Shown piece by piece: positions 11,769 through 24,727 of a DNA stretch of 64,000 bases. The stretch comes from Octopus vulgaris (Eukaryota), in NCBI GenBank assembly GCA_951406725.2, contig OX597830.1, forward strand, positions 47,368,001 through 47,432,000, written 5' to 3'. Below the pieces are notes generated by a model that searched no databases, had not been told where the DNA came from, and saw nothing but the letters and a program-made list of their open reading frames with translations. The position numbers were made by a program, and so were the translations under genes. Position 1 is the first letter of the stretch, and each line of letters opens with the position of its first letter.

Positions 11769-12963
11769 ACATGAAAGAAGTGGGGAGAGGGATGCCTTTC
11801 AAATAATTCCAGCCATCTTCAGGTGCTGCATGTTGCAACTACCTCTGTGCATGTTTAAAACAGAAGGTATAGCAGTGGAATGGTTAGCCATCATCTTCTC
11901 CAGGAAGGAATGCAGAACTGCAGATTGTCGTAATGTAAAGAGAAGAATGTGGCTTGAGGTGTTCATGCTGCTGCAAAGTACATTGGAGACGTGGAATAAT
12001 CTACATTCAACTAGGAATCAAAACTGGGTCAGAAACTCAGCCAGCATGGAACCTACTTTCAAATCTACATTTGTCATAGAGACAGAGAAACACACACAGT
12101 CACACACTCCGGGGTAAGTTCAGACGTGTGTAATGTTATGAGTTTTGCAAAGTATATTTAAAACTAAGTTCGGTTAAAAAACAAAAAGAAAAAAGGAAAG
12201 GGGAAAAAAAAATGGCAGAAGTGACAGACAGAACAATGAAAAGCTTGGTGTTATTATGATTGCTCTGAGATCAACAAAGGACTCGTTACTTAATAAGCCT
12301 GGTGCTAACACAAGCAATGGGTGGAGCGAATGGAGGACTACAGGAGGGTGTATAATCCATTACACAACCTAACCCAGAATAAATCAACTAATGTCATAGA
12401 AGTTACAAAATTCTCCAGAAGATTCCATTATGGATTGGAAATCATCTGTTACCCTTGAGAAGAGGGAGAACATATTATAAAAAAACTCTTTGTAATATAA
12501 ACTAAATGAGAGAGAAATCTAGAGGTTGCAATGATACCTTCTTAACCCTGTAGCGTTCAGATTACTTCTCTTTCGTTTATTTATTTGGATTGTTTTGAAT
12601 TCATCATGCATAATCTGGTAGCTTTTAGATTTCAGTGATGTGATTGTTTATTTTGACAATGACATTGCAGGGTGGGTGTGAGAGGCCAGATCTGACTGGT
12701 TTCAACACATAAAAGATTGAATAGTTTGGTGGTCAGATACGGTTGGTTTATATACATACATATATACAACTACGAAACTCTATAAAATGATTAAATTCCC
12801 CACAAAGGAATTAATTTGATTTGAAAACCCCACTAGAATGGGAGAAAGCGCTAATAATCTGAATGATATGATCTGAATGATATGATATATATATGTAAAA
12901 AATGTAATATATAAATAAATATCTATAAATATGAACCATCCGATCTTCTGATTACCTCATTTC

Positions 12964-13000
<37 letters not shown>

Positions 13001-13118
13001 AAAGCAATTAAGAACTTTGGAAGTCTGCTTACAACCTAAATTTGCTTTTTATAGAACTATCTCCGATACTTCATGAGTGTAGCCTCACCCACTAGGATGC
13101 TTGGAGAACTCATATGTG

Positions 13119-13209
13119 TTTTGGCTGATGAGTACGGGACACTTGTATTTGCTGCAATATTTGCAGCTTTTAATAAAGCTTGTCTTTGTATGAAACAATT
13201 GTACTGAAA
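13119..13209 (+). ncRNA. Minimal type I hammerhead ribozyme inside a ~240-bp element (12998-13239) bounded by (TA)n
   Basis: TTTTGG-CTGATGA-GTACGGGACA...GCTGCAA tat TTGCAGC...TGTCTTTGTAT-GAAAC-AATT-GTA-CTGAAA. Full CUGAUGA/GAAA/GUA core, 6-bp stem I (2 G-U), extended stem II, palindromic stem III ACAATTGT. Confidence 0.8.
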
Positions 13210-13238
13210 AACTAATCCATTCTTGTTGCTTTTTTCTC

Positions 13239-13274
<36 letters not shown>

Positions 13275-15449
13275 TAAATGGTTAATAATGGCTTTTAATT
13301 ATAAACTTAAATCGCTTGCTAGTCGACTGGTACTTCTTTAGCAAGTGAATAGTTTCAGTAATAAACGATCCAAAATTTTTATGCCATGCATTAATTAATT
13401 CAACAAAGTCAATTATTTGACTATTCATGGTCAGTGGTACTTATTGATAAGTGACCAATCCTATAGAGCAGATGTCTCCAGCCACTGGGACTGCAGGCCA
13501 CAACCGGGTCCCATGTGTGTGTGTGTAAGCATGTGTTTGTATATGTATGCACCTCTGTCACCTTGTGTGTGCATGTCTGTGTGTGTGTGTGTTTTGCAAC
13601 TATGTACCATGTTTGTATGTATGTATGGATATGCATCTCTATATGTGTGGACCCGTGTCTCCATATGTGTCCTTGTGTGGAGTAAAGTGTGTGTGTATAT
13701 ATGGTCCTGTGTGTCAGTCTCCATTTGCGTATGTGTGCTTGTCTGTTCTTATAACCTATGTACCTATCCGTCTGTATGTTGATCTGTTTATTTTCATATC
13801 CATATGCTTACATACAAAAAAAAAAAATTCATGTGCATACACACACACACACCCACACACATCTATCTACATAACAGTCCACTAACTATTCTACTCTACA
13901 CAGGCAAATTTGATGACTGGCACCTGTGCCAGTGGAGCGCTAAGAGCATCATCCGAGGGATTCTAAAATGCACCATGTCTTTAACAAGACATGGTGCATT
14001 TTAGAATCCCTCAAACCACATTTGAAAATGGTAATCTTTCCTGTTTTAAAAGATCTTCATTGACCACACATTACTAATCTATAAGTTGCTTTCTGCTCAT
14101 AGTAAACACAAAATTCTTCACTTTGATTTAATTTCAAAGAAACCATTCTGTGTACCCTTAATAAATAATCCATTTTCTTAACTTCTTGTCAAATTATTCA
14201 TTCCAACATCACCCACAATTAGGTTTTTTTTAACTCGTACTAAAAATACATATTTTTTTCCTTCAGACACAGTTTTATTTCTCTTTCCTATATAAGTGCA
14301 TATTTTTGATTATTTTAAAAGAAAACATCAACAAAGTTATTTCATTCTGAACTGCCCAACTACAGCTGCCGAAAAAAAAACCCCAAAAAACCATGGTGTA
14401 TTAGCATCAACATTCAAAGAATAAACAAAAAGGATCAACAACCCTGAACTTTATAATCTAGAACTATGGATGGTTGTTAAACATTTTCATAAATACTTTA
14501 TTTATTTATTCAATTACTTAATTCTTCAGCTCACTCTGCCCTTCACCTAATTTCACTTTCAAACAAAGAATATTTTCTTTTAAACTTTCCTTTCCACTGC
14601 CAACATCAACACCTTCACTAACACTGCCAGAAAATATTACAAACAACAAAAAGAAAGGAAAGACACAGACCTCTTAAAATAGTTTCTAATTGAGTAAGAA
14701 TAACATTTTGGTTAAGGAAAAAAAAAAATTAATTTATTAATGAATTCTTAGACAAGCACAAGGTCTCAGATTTTTAGGTCTCAGAGACGAGATTTCACGA
14801 TATTCATGCCTTTTTTTCCCTTTCCATTCCTATTTATCTTACTGTTCTGCTGTCATTGCTCCAGTGCAGTTGTTTTTAATTAATTAGTCAGAAGTGGAAC
14901 AGCACCTCCAGCCTCCTAGACTCTCTCTCTCTCAGACTGTGTCAGATTGACGTGGTTCCTATTTAGCTTAAACTCCTAAAGACTGATGCTTTTGAGAATT
15001 TCAGAGAACCGAGACGAGAGAGAGAATTTTAGAGGACGATCAAGTAAATTGTTTAATGCAGGATTGAGAGAATGGGACAAAGTATGGCTGACAAAATGGC
15101 TACACGAAAGGGGTCAGGGTTCAGACAAGATGGCTACACGAAAGGGGTCAGGGTCCAGAGAGAAGAAACAACATACAGGGAACAGCATGTTGACCTGTGA
15201 ACCAGTTGTTGATTGAGTCTTTCCCAATGCAGCTCATCAGGGTTTTACATGCAATACAGGATGTGCATGTGTGTGTATAAGCAGAGCACCATCCCAAATA
15301 CATGAATTGAGAGAGAGAGAGGGCTGAGAGAGAGAGGGTGACAGATGACACACAGAATCTTTAAGAGGAATAAGATGCAGAATTATCTGTAAATGGGTGT
15401 GTGATTAAAAGTGAAAGCAAGGTCATTAATGAATATAATTAACAATTAA

Positions 15450-15662
15450 CCCTTTAGTGTTCAGATTATTCTGTCAAATGTGATGTTTGTTTATTTAAAA
15501 TGGTTTGAATTAATCATGCATTATCTTGTAATTTAGAGATTTCAGTGATGTGATTTTTTAGTTTTAGAATGATATGGTAGGGCTGAGGTTAGATCTGGTC
15601 AGTTTCAATATAAAACAGGTTAAATATTTTGGCCAGGTATGGCCGGTTTGAATGCTAAAGGG
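15450..15662. mobile_element. piggyBac-type MITE family 2 (other copies ~9600-9810, 12546-12750, 60643-60851)
   Basis: TTAA|CCCTTTAG...CTAAAGGG|TTAA termini. Internal sequence shared among four copies. Confidence 0.85.
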
Positions 15663-16509
15663 TTAAGGTAGATATAATTAACAAGACTTTTCATGCTGGT
15701 ATGGGTTGGACAGTTTTGGCAGGAGCTGGTAAAGCCAGAGGTCACACCAGGTCCAAAAATGATCTGTTTTGGCATGGTTTCTACAGCCTGATGTAGTTCC
15801 TAATGCCAACCACTTTACAGAGAGTACTCGTTGCTTTTTACGTGGCACCAGCACCAGTGCTTTCTGTTCTCCTAACTCAGAGTGTGTCTCCTCTGCCAGG
15901 TTATGCACTAAATCATTACACCTTGTTCTTCCTTTTCAGAACATCAACAGTTCTGGAACCCTCTTCGTTTTTTCACATCATATCACACAGCCATGGTAAA
16001 CAGCTATAAAAACATATTCTTACATGACCACAACTTCAGCTTGTTCCACATAAATGAACAAAATTCTGGTTTGATACAATAAATCCAGCCTGAATGAAAC
16101 AGCTTAAGCAACAACATTCATCATTGAAGAACAAGCCATCATCATTATTGAAAGGAATATACACAATTCCAACAATATAGAAGACAAGTGTCTTGCCTAA
16201 GGTGTATTTTGGGAAGCAGTAAACCTGTCATCTTGGCCAAGTGTCTTTTCCTACAGCCCCGGGTTGACCTAAGCCTTGTGAGTGGCACTGGATAAACAGA
16301 AACTGTATGGAAGCCCCTCAGATGAATTGTTAAAAGGTCCAGCCTCATCATGCTGATTCTCTCCAGGATTAAGAGTGTCTGCTTGAATTAGTGTACGAGT
16401 GGCTGAATATTCCAGAGCAGATAAATCAGCTGAGGAAGCAGCTGAATAATTAGGACTGAAACCAATGGAGACACATTTACAGTGCATTGTTATGAAGATG
16501 TAGAACATA

Positions 16510-16782
16510 ATTGGAACGCTGTTGGTTATGAGGACCAAGGCTCCAGCTGATCAGATCAATGGAACTGCTGGTTTGGGAAATGAACATATAAGCAGCTGAG
16601 CATTCTACAGACACATAATGCCCTTAACAGAGCTCTCAGAAAGATTCCGCATGACACAGAATGTGACAAAGAATGGAGCAATGTGAAATGAAGTGTCTTG
16701 CTCAAGGACACTATGAACCACTGGGAATTGAACTCACAACAACTGAGTTGTGAGTTGAATACCCCAACCACTAGGCCACACT
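16510..16782 (-). mobile_element. tRNA-headed SINE family (Deu/Nin-like); plus-strand copy at ~51140-51410
   Basis: Shared blocks CCTTGAGCAAGACACTT, TTGTCACATTCTGTGTC, TTAAGGG...CTCAGC and TTCC.TTGATC...TCA between the two copies. The Deu/Nin domain name is from recall. Confidence 0.6.
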
Positions 16783-16835
16783 CACTTTCACTCAGCAAAA
16801 TATACTTTCGGAGATTGAATAACATAGCAAAGCTG

Positions 16836-17134
16836 GAAAATTACTATTTGTAAATCTCACAACAAAAGATATTCAGCAACAGTACTTTGGAGTAAAGATT
16901 GTTTGCCAACATAACATGGCAGTCCTAGTTTAGGATGAATGTTGCTGTAATTTAGCCCCAGGAAACATCGTCTCCAGCTGGCTATACGACACGATCTGTG
17001 TCCTTATATTTTCAAACAAGGGAATCTAGCACCCCAACTCTCCAGCTGGAGACAATGTCTCCTGGGGCTGAATTACAGCAACATTCATCCTAAACCAGGA
17101 CTGCCATATTATGTTGGCAAACAATGTTTATTCC
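16836..17134. mobile_element. Fold-back hairpin element, copy 2 (leader plus arms, 12-bp TSD)
   Basis: ATAGCAAAGCTG at 16824-16835 and 17135-17146. Hairpin spans 16889-17134. Confidence 0.9.
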
Positions 17135-17737
17135 ATAGCAAAGCTGATTCGTGTTTGCTTAATTTGCCTTCAAGAAAAGGCTCTTTTCAGTTCTCCTATG
17201 AACCTCCACATCTAAAAATAAATGACAATATGAAACTAATATAGAACAGCAACATACCAACAGACATTGGGCATTATTTTCCATTATGCAAAAAATGATG
17301 ATGAAGTATATTAATAACTGACAATACCAAATGACTATAATGTTGTGTAGAGATGAGCTGAAAAGCCAAGGAATTGCTGACCTAATTGTTAAATTGAAAT
17401 CGTTATGGCACTTAAGGAATGTGTTCTCTAGCATTCCATTTGTAATTAGTACAAATGGAATACACAACCACTTTTTAAAGACAGATTACCAATAAGGACA
17501 GACATCAGCACATTCCAGAAAATAGAAATATGTGAGGATTTATAAATATTATTTGAGCATGTCTTCACACAGTGTTTGTTACCCGGGGACGTAATTGCGG
17601 AGTTTGTTACCCGGGGACGTAATTGCGGAGGTTTTCCCACTCCTTTTTCATGTAAGAAATGAAACTTTTGCTAGATTTCACACTGAATGAATTTTAAAAA
17701 TTGCAAGAAGAATTATGATTATTATTATTATTATTAT

Positions 17738-18068
17738 AAGGTGGGTGAATTGTGCGAGAATGGCCAGTATAAATGGACCAATTCTCAGGTTTCGTCTGTG
17801 ATTGAAAAAGGTTTTATAAAAGGAGAAAGGGGCTCTCTACCCCCCTTTTGACCAGGCTCCTGTTGGCTTTTATGGGTTTTTTTCCACCAGGAACCTTTCG
17901 AAGCGCCTCCCCATATTGGGAGTTTTTTGTTGTTATATTATTTTATTGTTACACTGTTTTTACACGATTTTTTCACAAATGGACAAAACCCTTTGTAACC
18001 TTTCGTCCTGTTTTGTTCCTTTATGTTTTCTAATCATGTGTGTCAGTCCTTGTGGCCAATAAAAAGAA
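17738..18068 (+). mobile_element. Tx1/L1-like LINE extreme 3' fragment
   Basis: RWVNCARMASINGPILRFRL* resembles the C-terminus of the 33507 element. 3' end is CAGTCCTTGTGGCCAATAAAAAGAATT. Flanked by (ATT)n. Confidence 0.6.
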
Positions 18069-18124
18069 TTAATTATTATTATTATTATTATTATTATTGT
18101 TATTGTTAGTTCGTTATACTTTAC

Positions 18125-18274
18125 CAGCAATTGATAATGTTGCGAGTTTAAATTCTGATCCATGAAATATCACAAAGCACAAATTCTTGTCTGCTTTTCG
18201 AGCTTCATCAGCCCATTTCTCAAAATCTTTGGAGTTCTTTCCTGGTCGTATTTCTTTCACTTCCCTCAAGTCAA
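18125..18274 (-). CDS. PLCG1: Phospholipase C-gamma, internal coding exon (N-terminal PH domain; equivalent to vertebrate exon 2)
   Basis: Minus strand: polypyrimidine tttctttcttttttag | 150 nt | gtaaag. Translates (phase 1) xDLREVKEIRPGKNSKDFEKWADEARKADKNLCFVIFHGSEFKLATLSIA, matching recalled human PLCG1 IDIREIKEIRPGKTSRDFDRY...CFVILYGMEFRLKTLSLQA. Confidence 0.95.
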
Positions 18275-19146
18275 CTAAAAAAGAAAGAAAAAAAAAATAT
18301 GCAACATGATATTATAATGTGAATAAAACATAAGGAAAATAAAGACAATAAAGATACAAAAAGCAAGAATGAGACGAAATAATGCAGAGAATAAAACTGA
18401 ATTTACAAGTCTAAGTAAAAGTACAAAGACACGAACAGTGACATGTAAACAAGGCAGAATACATGATACAGAGAGAGGGGGAGGGGGGAGAGAGAGTGTG
18501 TCGATAAAGGAACAGCCAGAGAAAGAAGCAGTGGTGAAAGAAAGAGGTGGGGTGACACGGGAGCGGGGTAAGGTTAAATGGTCTTCGGTCAAAATTACTA
18601 TCATTACAATAATTGCCACCATTAATTACATAGAAAGAAGCAACAAGAGAATCTTTATGCAGCTGCTTGACCTGCTAGAAATAGCAACTAAATCTCCCCG
18701 TTTCAAAACAGGACACTCGATAGTATTTTGGGATTTTTTTCCACCCCTAAAGGTACACTCTGACTGAAAAAAAAAAAAAAAAAGGACGTCTTGATGGCTA
18801 TGGCTGGAATGTCTTTTGACTATGGTCTTGCTTGAGCAATACTGACTGACCTTGAACAATAAACAATGAACCAAGAAAGGGATCTCCATGCCCAGGGGGA
18901 GGGGGGTCAAACACCTGGCTCATGCCTGGATCCCTGCATAGATTCACCTGTCTTTTGTTTCAGTCATTAGACTGTGGCCATGCTGGGACACCACATCGGC
19001 GGGTGTAGTTGGGCAAATCAACCCCAGGACTTCTTTCTTTTTGTAATGCTTCATACTTAGTCTATTGGTTTCTTTTTGCCAAACTGCTAAGTCACATAAA
19101 ACAAGACTGGTTGTCGAGTGGTGATGGAGAACAAACACACACAAAG

Positions 19147-19177
<31 letters not shown>

Positions 19178-19416
19178 GACATGCACTGAAACAAATAAAA
19201 GAACAAAACGGTTAAGGGTATTGTGCCTTTTTAAATAAATGACTGACTGAGAAGGGATAATCTAGGCTTAAACAACAAGGAATACCACAAGTGATAAGTG
19301 AAGAGAAACAACACTGATAAGGATCAGAAACAAAAACAGATTAAACTCGCATGGAAGTTTGTCATTTTCAATTCTACAAAACTCTTTAAAATTCACTCTC
19401 AGCTCTAATCACTTAA

Positions 19417-19888
19417 CCCTTTCTTTACCATATTTCTGTTGAGATGCTCTGAGCTTCTTTCAGTTACTTTAAATATATCAAAGAATTTAGTAAAATAACT
19501 TAGTTATCATTAAGCTAGTGTTAGGAACATAAATTGTGACTAAAGTTTGGTGGAAGGTTTTAATTCAAAACTTATGAAAACAAGACATTTGTACTGAGAG
19601 CCAGAGGTGGTTTCAGGTGGGTTGGTATCAAAAAGGTTAAGAATTGTTTCTCTATTATATATTTTAACCCTTTTGTTACCATATTTCTGTTGAGATGTTC
19701 TGTGTTTCTTTCAGTTAATTTTAAATATAACAAAGAATTTAGTAAAATAACTTAGTTTTCATTCAGCTAATGTTAGGAACATAAATTATGAGTAAGGTTT
19801 GGTGGAAGATTTTAATTCAAAACTTATGAAAACAAGACATTTGTACTGAGAGCCAGAGGTGGTTTCAGCCGGGTTGGTAACGAAAGGG
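19417..19888. mobile_element. Tandem dimer of piggyBac-type MITE family 1 (19417-19636 and 19668-19888)
   Basis: Each ~220-bp unit is bounded by TTAA, with CCCTTT..TTACCA / TGGTAACGAAAGGG ends. Confidence 0.9.
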
Positions 19889-20394
19889 TTAATGAATTCT
19901 TCATTAAAGATAACCAACCGAAACCATCCACCTCTGCCAATATATCGCACGTCCAGGTTTCAGTTCAAGTAATCCTAATGCATATCCTGTTTTGGCTGGT
20001 CTTTTTTAAAATGCATTTCATCATTTATTTATTTCATTTCAGTTTTTCCCGATGAAACAACTATAAACAACAACTAAAATAGAAAAATCGGCAAAAACAC
20101 TGGAACAACTAAAACATCCACAACAACATTTGAAATGTCGTCAACAATGACAAGAACAATGAAAGCAACCAGTTATTCTATGAAATATTAATTAGGAGGA
20201 AAACATCTGCAGGAGATGGAAAATTAATTAATGAAAAAACAAAAACCCACACCAAATAATGAAGCTATCAGATTGTATAATGATTTATTTCAAAAATACT
20301 AAAAACCTTACATCGTACAAATATTTATTCATTTCAAGAAAAAATTAAACATACTAATCTACCAAGCCACCATTGGAAATCTAGTCATGCTCAA

Positions 20395-20830
20395 AAGAGC
20401 TGCTACCATTCACATTAGCACAATGAAAGGGAGAGATTGAAGAGATACTGAAGCGGAGGCAAGTAGATGTGGGTGTGTGCAAGTGGTAAGATGGAGGTGA
20501 GCCTCAGCCAGACATCTCACGGGCAAGAAATGAAAGCTTGAATTCTTTTCAATGGCAAACAGTGATGGATTGAATGGAATAGGCATAGTGTTAGCAGAGA
20601 AATGGTAAGAAAAAATAAATGAAGTAGTTTGAATGTAACAAAATAATAACTTAGCTTAGATTAATCATGGACAATAAGACAGCAATAATAATGCACACAC
20701 AGACACACACCTCAACCAAGATGACTACATTAAGGGAAGAACTGCTTTGATGAAAACTCCCTAATAATGAATGACAACAATCTCATTATGACATTTGGTA
20801 ATTTTAATGGATGTGTTGGTAACACAATTA
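20395..20830 (+). mobile_element. Highly decayed RTE-clade AP-endonuclease fragment
   Basis: Interrupted reading gives ATIHISTMKGR..EILKRRQVDV...RW...DGLNGIGIVLAEKW...NNLIMTFGNFNGCVG, matching the RTE endonuclease GVGI and GDFNGHVG motifs. Many stops and frameshifts. Confidence 0.7.
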
Positions 20831-20847
20831 AAGCTTCTCCGATATAT

Positions 20848-22083
20848 GTTAGTTAGTTAATTTTTTGGCTCAATAAGCAGAAAGCAAGGCCATGTAGGGG
20901 GACATGGAGTTATGTACAGGGTGGTGTTCATGTAAAGAGTTCAGGCCACTTGAGGTCAAGGGAGACTTTGAACCGAGTGGTCGTCGGCATCTTCACCATC
21001 TCGTCTGGCAGCTTATTCCACGGATCCGCAACCCGGACGGAGAAAGCCCCTCTCCTTCAGAGATGAAATCGTCACAGATAGAGCTTTTCGGAATGACCCC
21101 GCAGCAGGAGTGAAGAACAGCTCTTTCGAGAGGTTACTTTCTGCTTATGATGTTGTGAGCAAGAATGAGATCTCCACGGCGTCGTCATTTTTCTAGAGAA
21201 TAAAGGTCGAGCGTCTTCAGCCTTTCTTCATAAGACAAATTCTTGAGACCAAGAACCATGAGGATAGCCAGCTTCTGGACTCTTTCGAGATGCTGTATGT
21301 CTTTGAGGAGATAAGGAGAAGAGGCTTGAATCCCGTACTCCAATATGGGTCTCACCAGCGTGACATAGAGCGGTAGGAATATGGCTGCTGTGAGCATTCC
21401 GAATGACCGTCGAATCAAGAACAGAATTCCGCGTGCTTTGTTGGCAGCATGGACGCACTGGGCCGAAGGCGAAAAGGAGGAATCCACCAAGATACCCAGG
21501 TCCTTTACCTGATCGGTCCTTTCCAGCAGCAGACAACCTGGCTCGAAATCAAGTTGAGTTGCAGGAGGAGAGCCAACAGGCAGATGACAGCACTTTGACA
21601 CGTTCAGATACAGGTCCCATTCGTTAGACCATCTCCAAATTTGGTGGAGGCATCGACGAAGATCCTCTATATCACTGCGAGGAGCGACCAGTTTGACATC
21701 GTCAGCAAATAGAAGGGTGTGTTGCGTGAGGTCGTCAGGGAAGTCATTTAAGAAGACTAAGAACAATAAGGGCCCAAGCACTGAACCTTGAGGCACGCCA
21801 CTGCTTGCACTGGAGACGTCGGACCGCGAACCATTAACTTGGACTTGGAAGGAGCGATCTGAGAGGAAGGCACCAACCCATCGTACAATATCCGGATGGA
21901 AACTATATGCTTGAAGCTTGACAAGTAATAGGCGGTGGTTTACCAAGTCAAAAGCTTTGGCAAAGTCCAATAAAACGATGTCAACAGCATCACTATCATC
22001 GAGGATGCACGTCACCAATTCTTCCATTACCAGTAAGTTGGTCAAGCATGATCTCTTTGGCACGAAGCCGTGTTGGGAAATGG
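20848..22083 (-). mobile_element. Young 5'-truncated CR1-clade LINE: reverse transcriptase, 3' UTR and (TAAC)n tail
   Basis: ORF 21185-22243 contains QHGF.PKRSCLTNLL, LDFAKAFD.V.H, SGVPQGSVLGPLLF, FADDVKL, KDLG and LERVQK..YEERLKTLDLYSLEK. A premature stop follows. GC/CpG-rich relative to flanks. Tail TAACTAACTAAC at ~20848-20859. Confidence 0.95.
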
Positions 22084-22821
22084 TTACAAATATGGTATGA
22101 GAAATGAGGAGAGATCGAGGTCCCTGGAGTTCTAAACATTGGCAACTGTAAACCAACCGAGGACTGGCGAACCAGATGGCTGCACCAGACTCCAATCTTG
22201 ATCTGGCAGATTTTCTACAGCTGGATGCCCTTCCTAATGCCAATCACTCCGAGAGTGTGGTAAAAAGAACATTGCTGGCCAGTATGGGACTCGAACCCAT
22301 GATATTCGTGTATCAGTTCTCTTGAGAAAATAGTAGAATGTGAGAGATTTGTAAATGATAAAGGAATAATGTGTGTGTGGCTTGTGAGTGTGTAAGGAGT
22401 GGTGGATAAGGTCAAAGTTACACAAACTCTCTGGACCAGGAAGTGAGTTAATGTTTTAGGAAGAAAACTGTGTGAACTGTTCAAAACATTTTGTTACATT
22501 TTTTTATGTGCCCTTGTTTGTTTATGTGTGTGTGTTTAATGTTTACAGGGGGCAGAGAAAGGCCAGAATATGAAACAGCTTTGTAGAAAGAATATATATT
22601 GCAAAAACAATGTCATCTGAAAGCAACTTTTCATTTGGTTTCGTGTCATGGTAATAATAAATATGCTGAGATTAAGTAAGGTTACGCCATTAGAAACTGG
22701 ATCTATAATAAACACACCCTTTTCTTTTTAGATAACCTATTTCTCTTGCTCTTTCTTTCTTTTATGATTCACAACAGAATAAATTTAAATAAAAGCTTGC
22801 TTTTTCTTATATCTGAATATA

Positions 22822-22844
<23 letters not shown>

Positions 22845-22857
<13 letters not shown>

Positions 22858-23065
22858 AAAACTATAGAAAAGGTTGCAAGACGCAACGAAAATTTTAGGA
22901 AAATAAAAATAAGAAAAAAGTGGAAATTTTACCAGTGAGTGTGTTACATTATAAGGCACAAAAAGAAAATGACTCTCCCCAGACACAAGAGAATATGCTT
23001 CAACACACAAACTCATATAAAGAATATTGCAAACCAAATCCAAAACCGAAATATAATTTTTAAAT
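22845..23065. mobile_element. Short (TA)n-adjacent interspersed element with a hammerhead-like remnant
   Basis: Abuts (TA)n/poly-T. GTTGC-AAGAC-GCAAC hairpin directly followed by GAAAATTT (22873-22895). The 5' core is not canonical. Confidence 0.35.
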
Positions 23066-24034
23066 ATTTCTATAGAAAGAGACAGACTGATGGATAGAGG
23101 ATCAGCATGGCTGTGTGGTTAAACAGTTTGCTTTACAGCCAAAGGGGTTTGGGTTCAATTCCACAGCAGAGCACTTTGAGCAAAGAATCTTTTAATGAAC
23201 CTTAGGCTGACCAACACCTCAGACAGAAACTGTTCTGAAGCTTGTCATAGATATAGAATACACTTAGATATGTGTGTGAAGTCTTTGCTTATGTAGGTCT
23301 AAAAACAAGGGTTGATGTTGTTTATATTGTATCCCTTTATATCCAGTAAATACGTGGTTTGACAAACAGATCCTCATCATTTAGCATCCACTGCCAATGC
23401 TGGAATGGGTTGGACAGTTTGACCAGGGTTAGTAAGCTGGAAGTGTGATTTGGCATGGTTTTCTATGGCTGCATGCCCTTCCTAATGCCAACCACTCAGA
23501 GTGTAGTGCTTTTACGTGCCACTGGCACGGGTGCCATTTGCATGTCACCAGTATCTGCCATGACTGCAATTTTGCTTGTCTTGATGGGTCTTCTTCTCAA
23601 GCACAACATAATTCCAAAGATCTCGGTCATTGCCACCACAACACTCAAAAGGAACTTTGCCTCTATTGATAAAATAAAAAAAAAAAACTGGAACATGCCA
23701 TGAAATTGCTAATTTTGACAAAAATTCTTGAAGTTGATGCCCCTATTTGGTCACAGAGTAATGACTGAAACTAGCAAAAGATTAAAACAATTTATTTTTC
23801 AGGCTAATCATGGGTTGGCTACTTCTGCAAATTTAGAAATTAATTACTTGCATGACTCAGCAGCCAGGAAGTTAAACATCTTATATCGGTGTTCCCCCCA
23901 AATGTTATACAATTAACAAAACTTTACAGAATCCAAATCTATTTTACAAATAATTCTTGCTACCCTAATTTGAATAGGACCTGGAATGAAAGAGTAATTG
24001 CTTTTAAGGGAGTTTATTCATATATCTATATATA

Positions 24035-24727
24035 TCTCTTCTCTTGCCTCTGATTCTTTGGTCTACTCTTCCCCTACCCTTCCATTTCTTTGTCTTGCTT
24101 TGCACTCACAGGTCAATCTTTGACACCCATCCCTTCTCCCCTCTCTAATTCCTTCTTTCTCTCTCTTCTCCCCCTTGTTGCTTTCGTCCCTCTTCTCTCT
24201 CTCTTCCTTCCTTTGCCTCCCTTTCTTTTCTTTTCTTTTCTCTCTTCTCCGTCACGTGACCGCTGGCCAAAATCCGCCTTTTGGCCTCCGCCTTTTGGCC
24301 GTGACAACATCATTGTCCTTGTTCGCCGTTAAGGCAATTTTTCCAAAATACGCCAGCCAAACTTGTTTGCACTGTTATTAGTCGTAAGATACCTGCTGTT
24401 TTTACCATTATTGCTTTTGTATTTCATTATTGTTTTTTGTTTTTTATATTCGTATGGCACCGTCCGTTTTGCTGTCCCTGTGTTCGTATGCATTCGATCC
24501 TTCTTCCAGGAAATCTACGCTCCTAGCTTAGTTTTTCTAATGCTCGTTGCTTAGTTTTTCCTGGAGGGCTGGCCGGATCTAGTAATCTCAAGATTAATCA
24601 GCCGAAATTACTATGATGATCCGGTTCTTGACTGAAAACTGAGGGCTTCGAATGTCCTGTCTGTGTTTGTTGTATCGTCTTCTAAGTGTTATGCGTTCTT
24701 GTCACAGTTTGTATTTTTCTACATATC

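Noticed and set aside
17573-17630. Perfect 28-bp tandem duplication (similar cases at 40696-40830 and diverged 4198-4460)
   Set aside because: Ordinary local slippage duplications with no further structure.
22084-22243. N-terminal 50 aa of the 352-aa ORF as part of the RT protein
   Set aside because: It reads through an RTE 3' UTR fragment and unrelated flank. CR1 similarity begins at ISQHGF.
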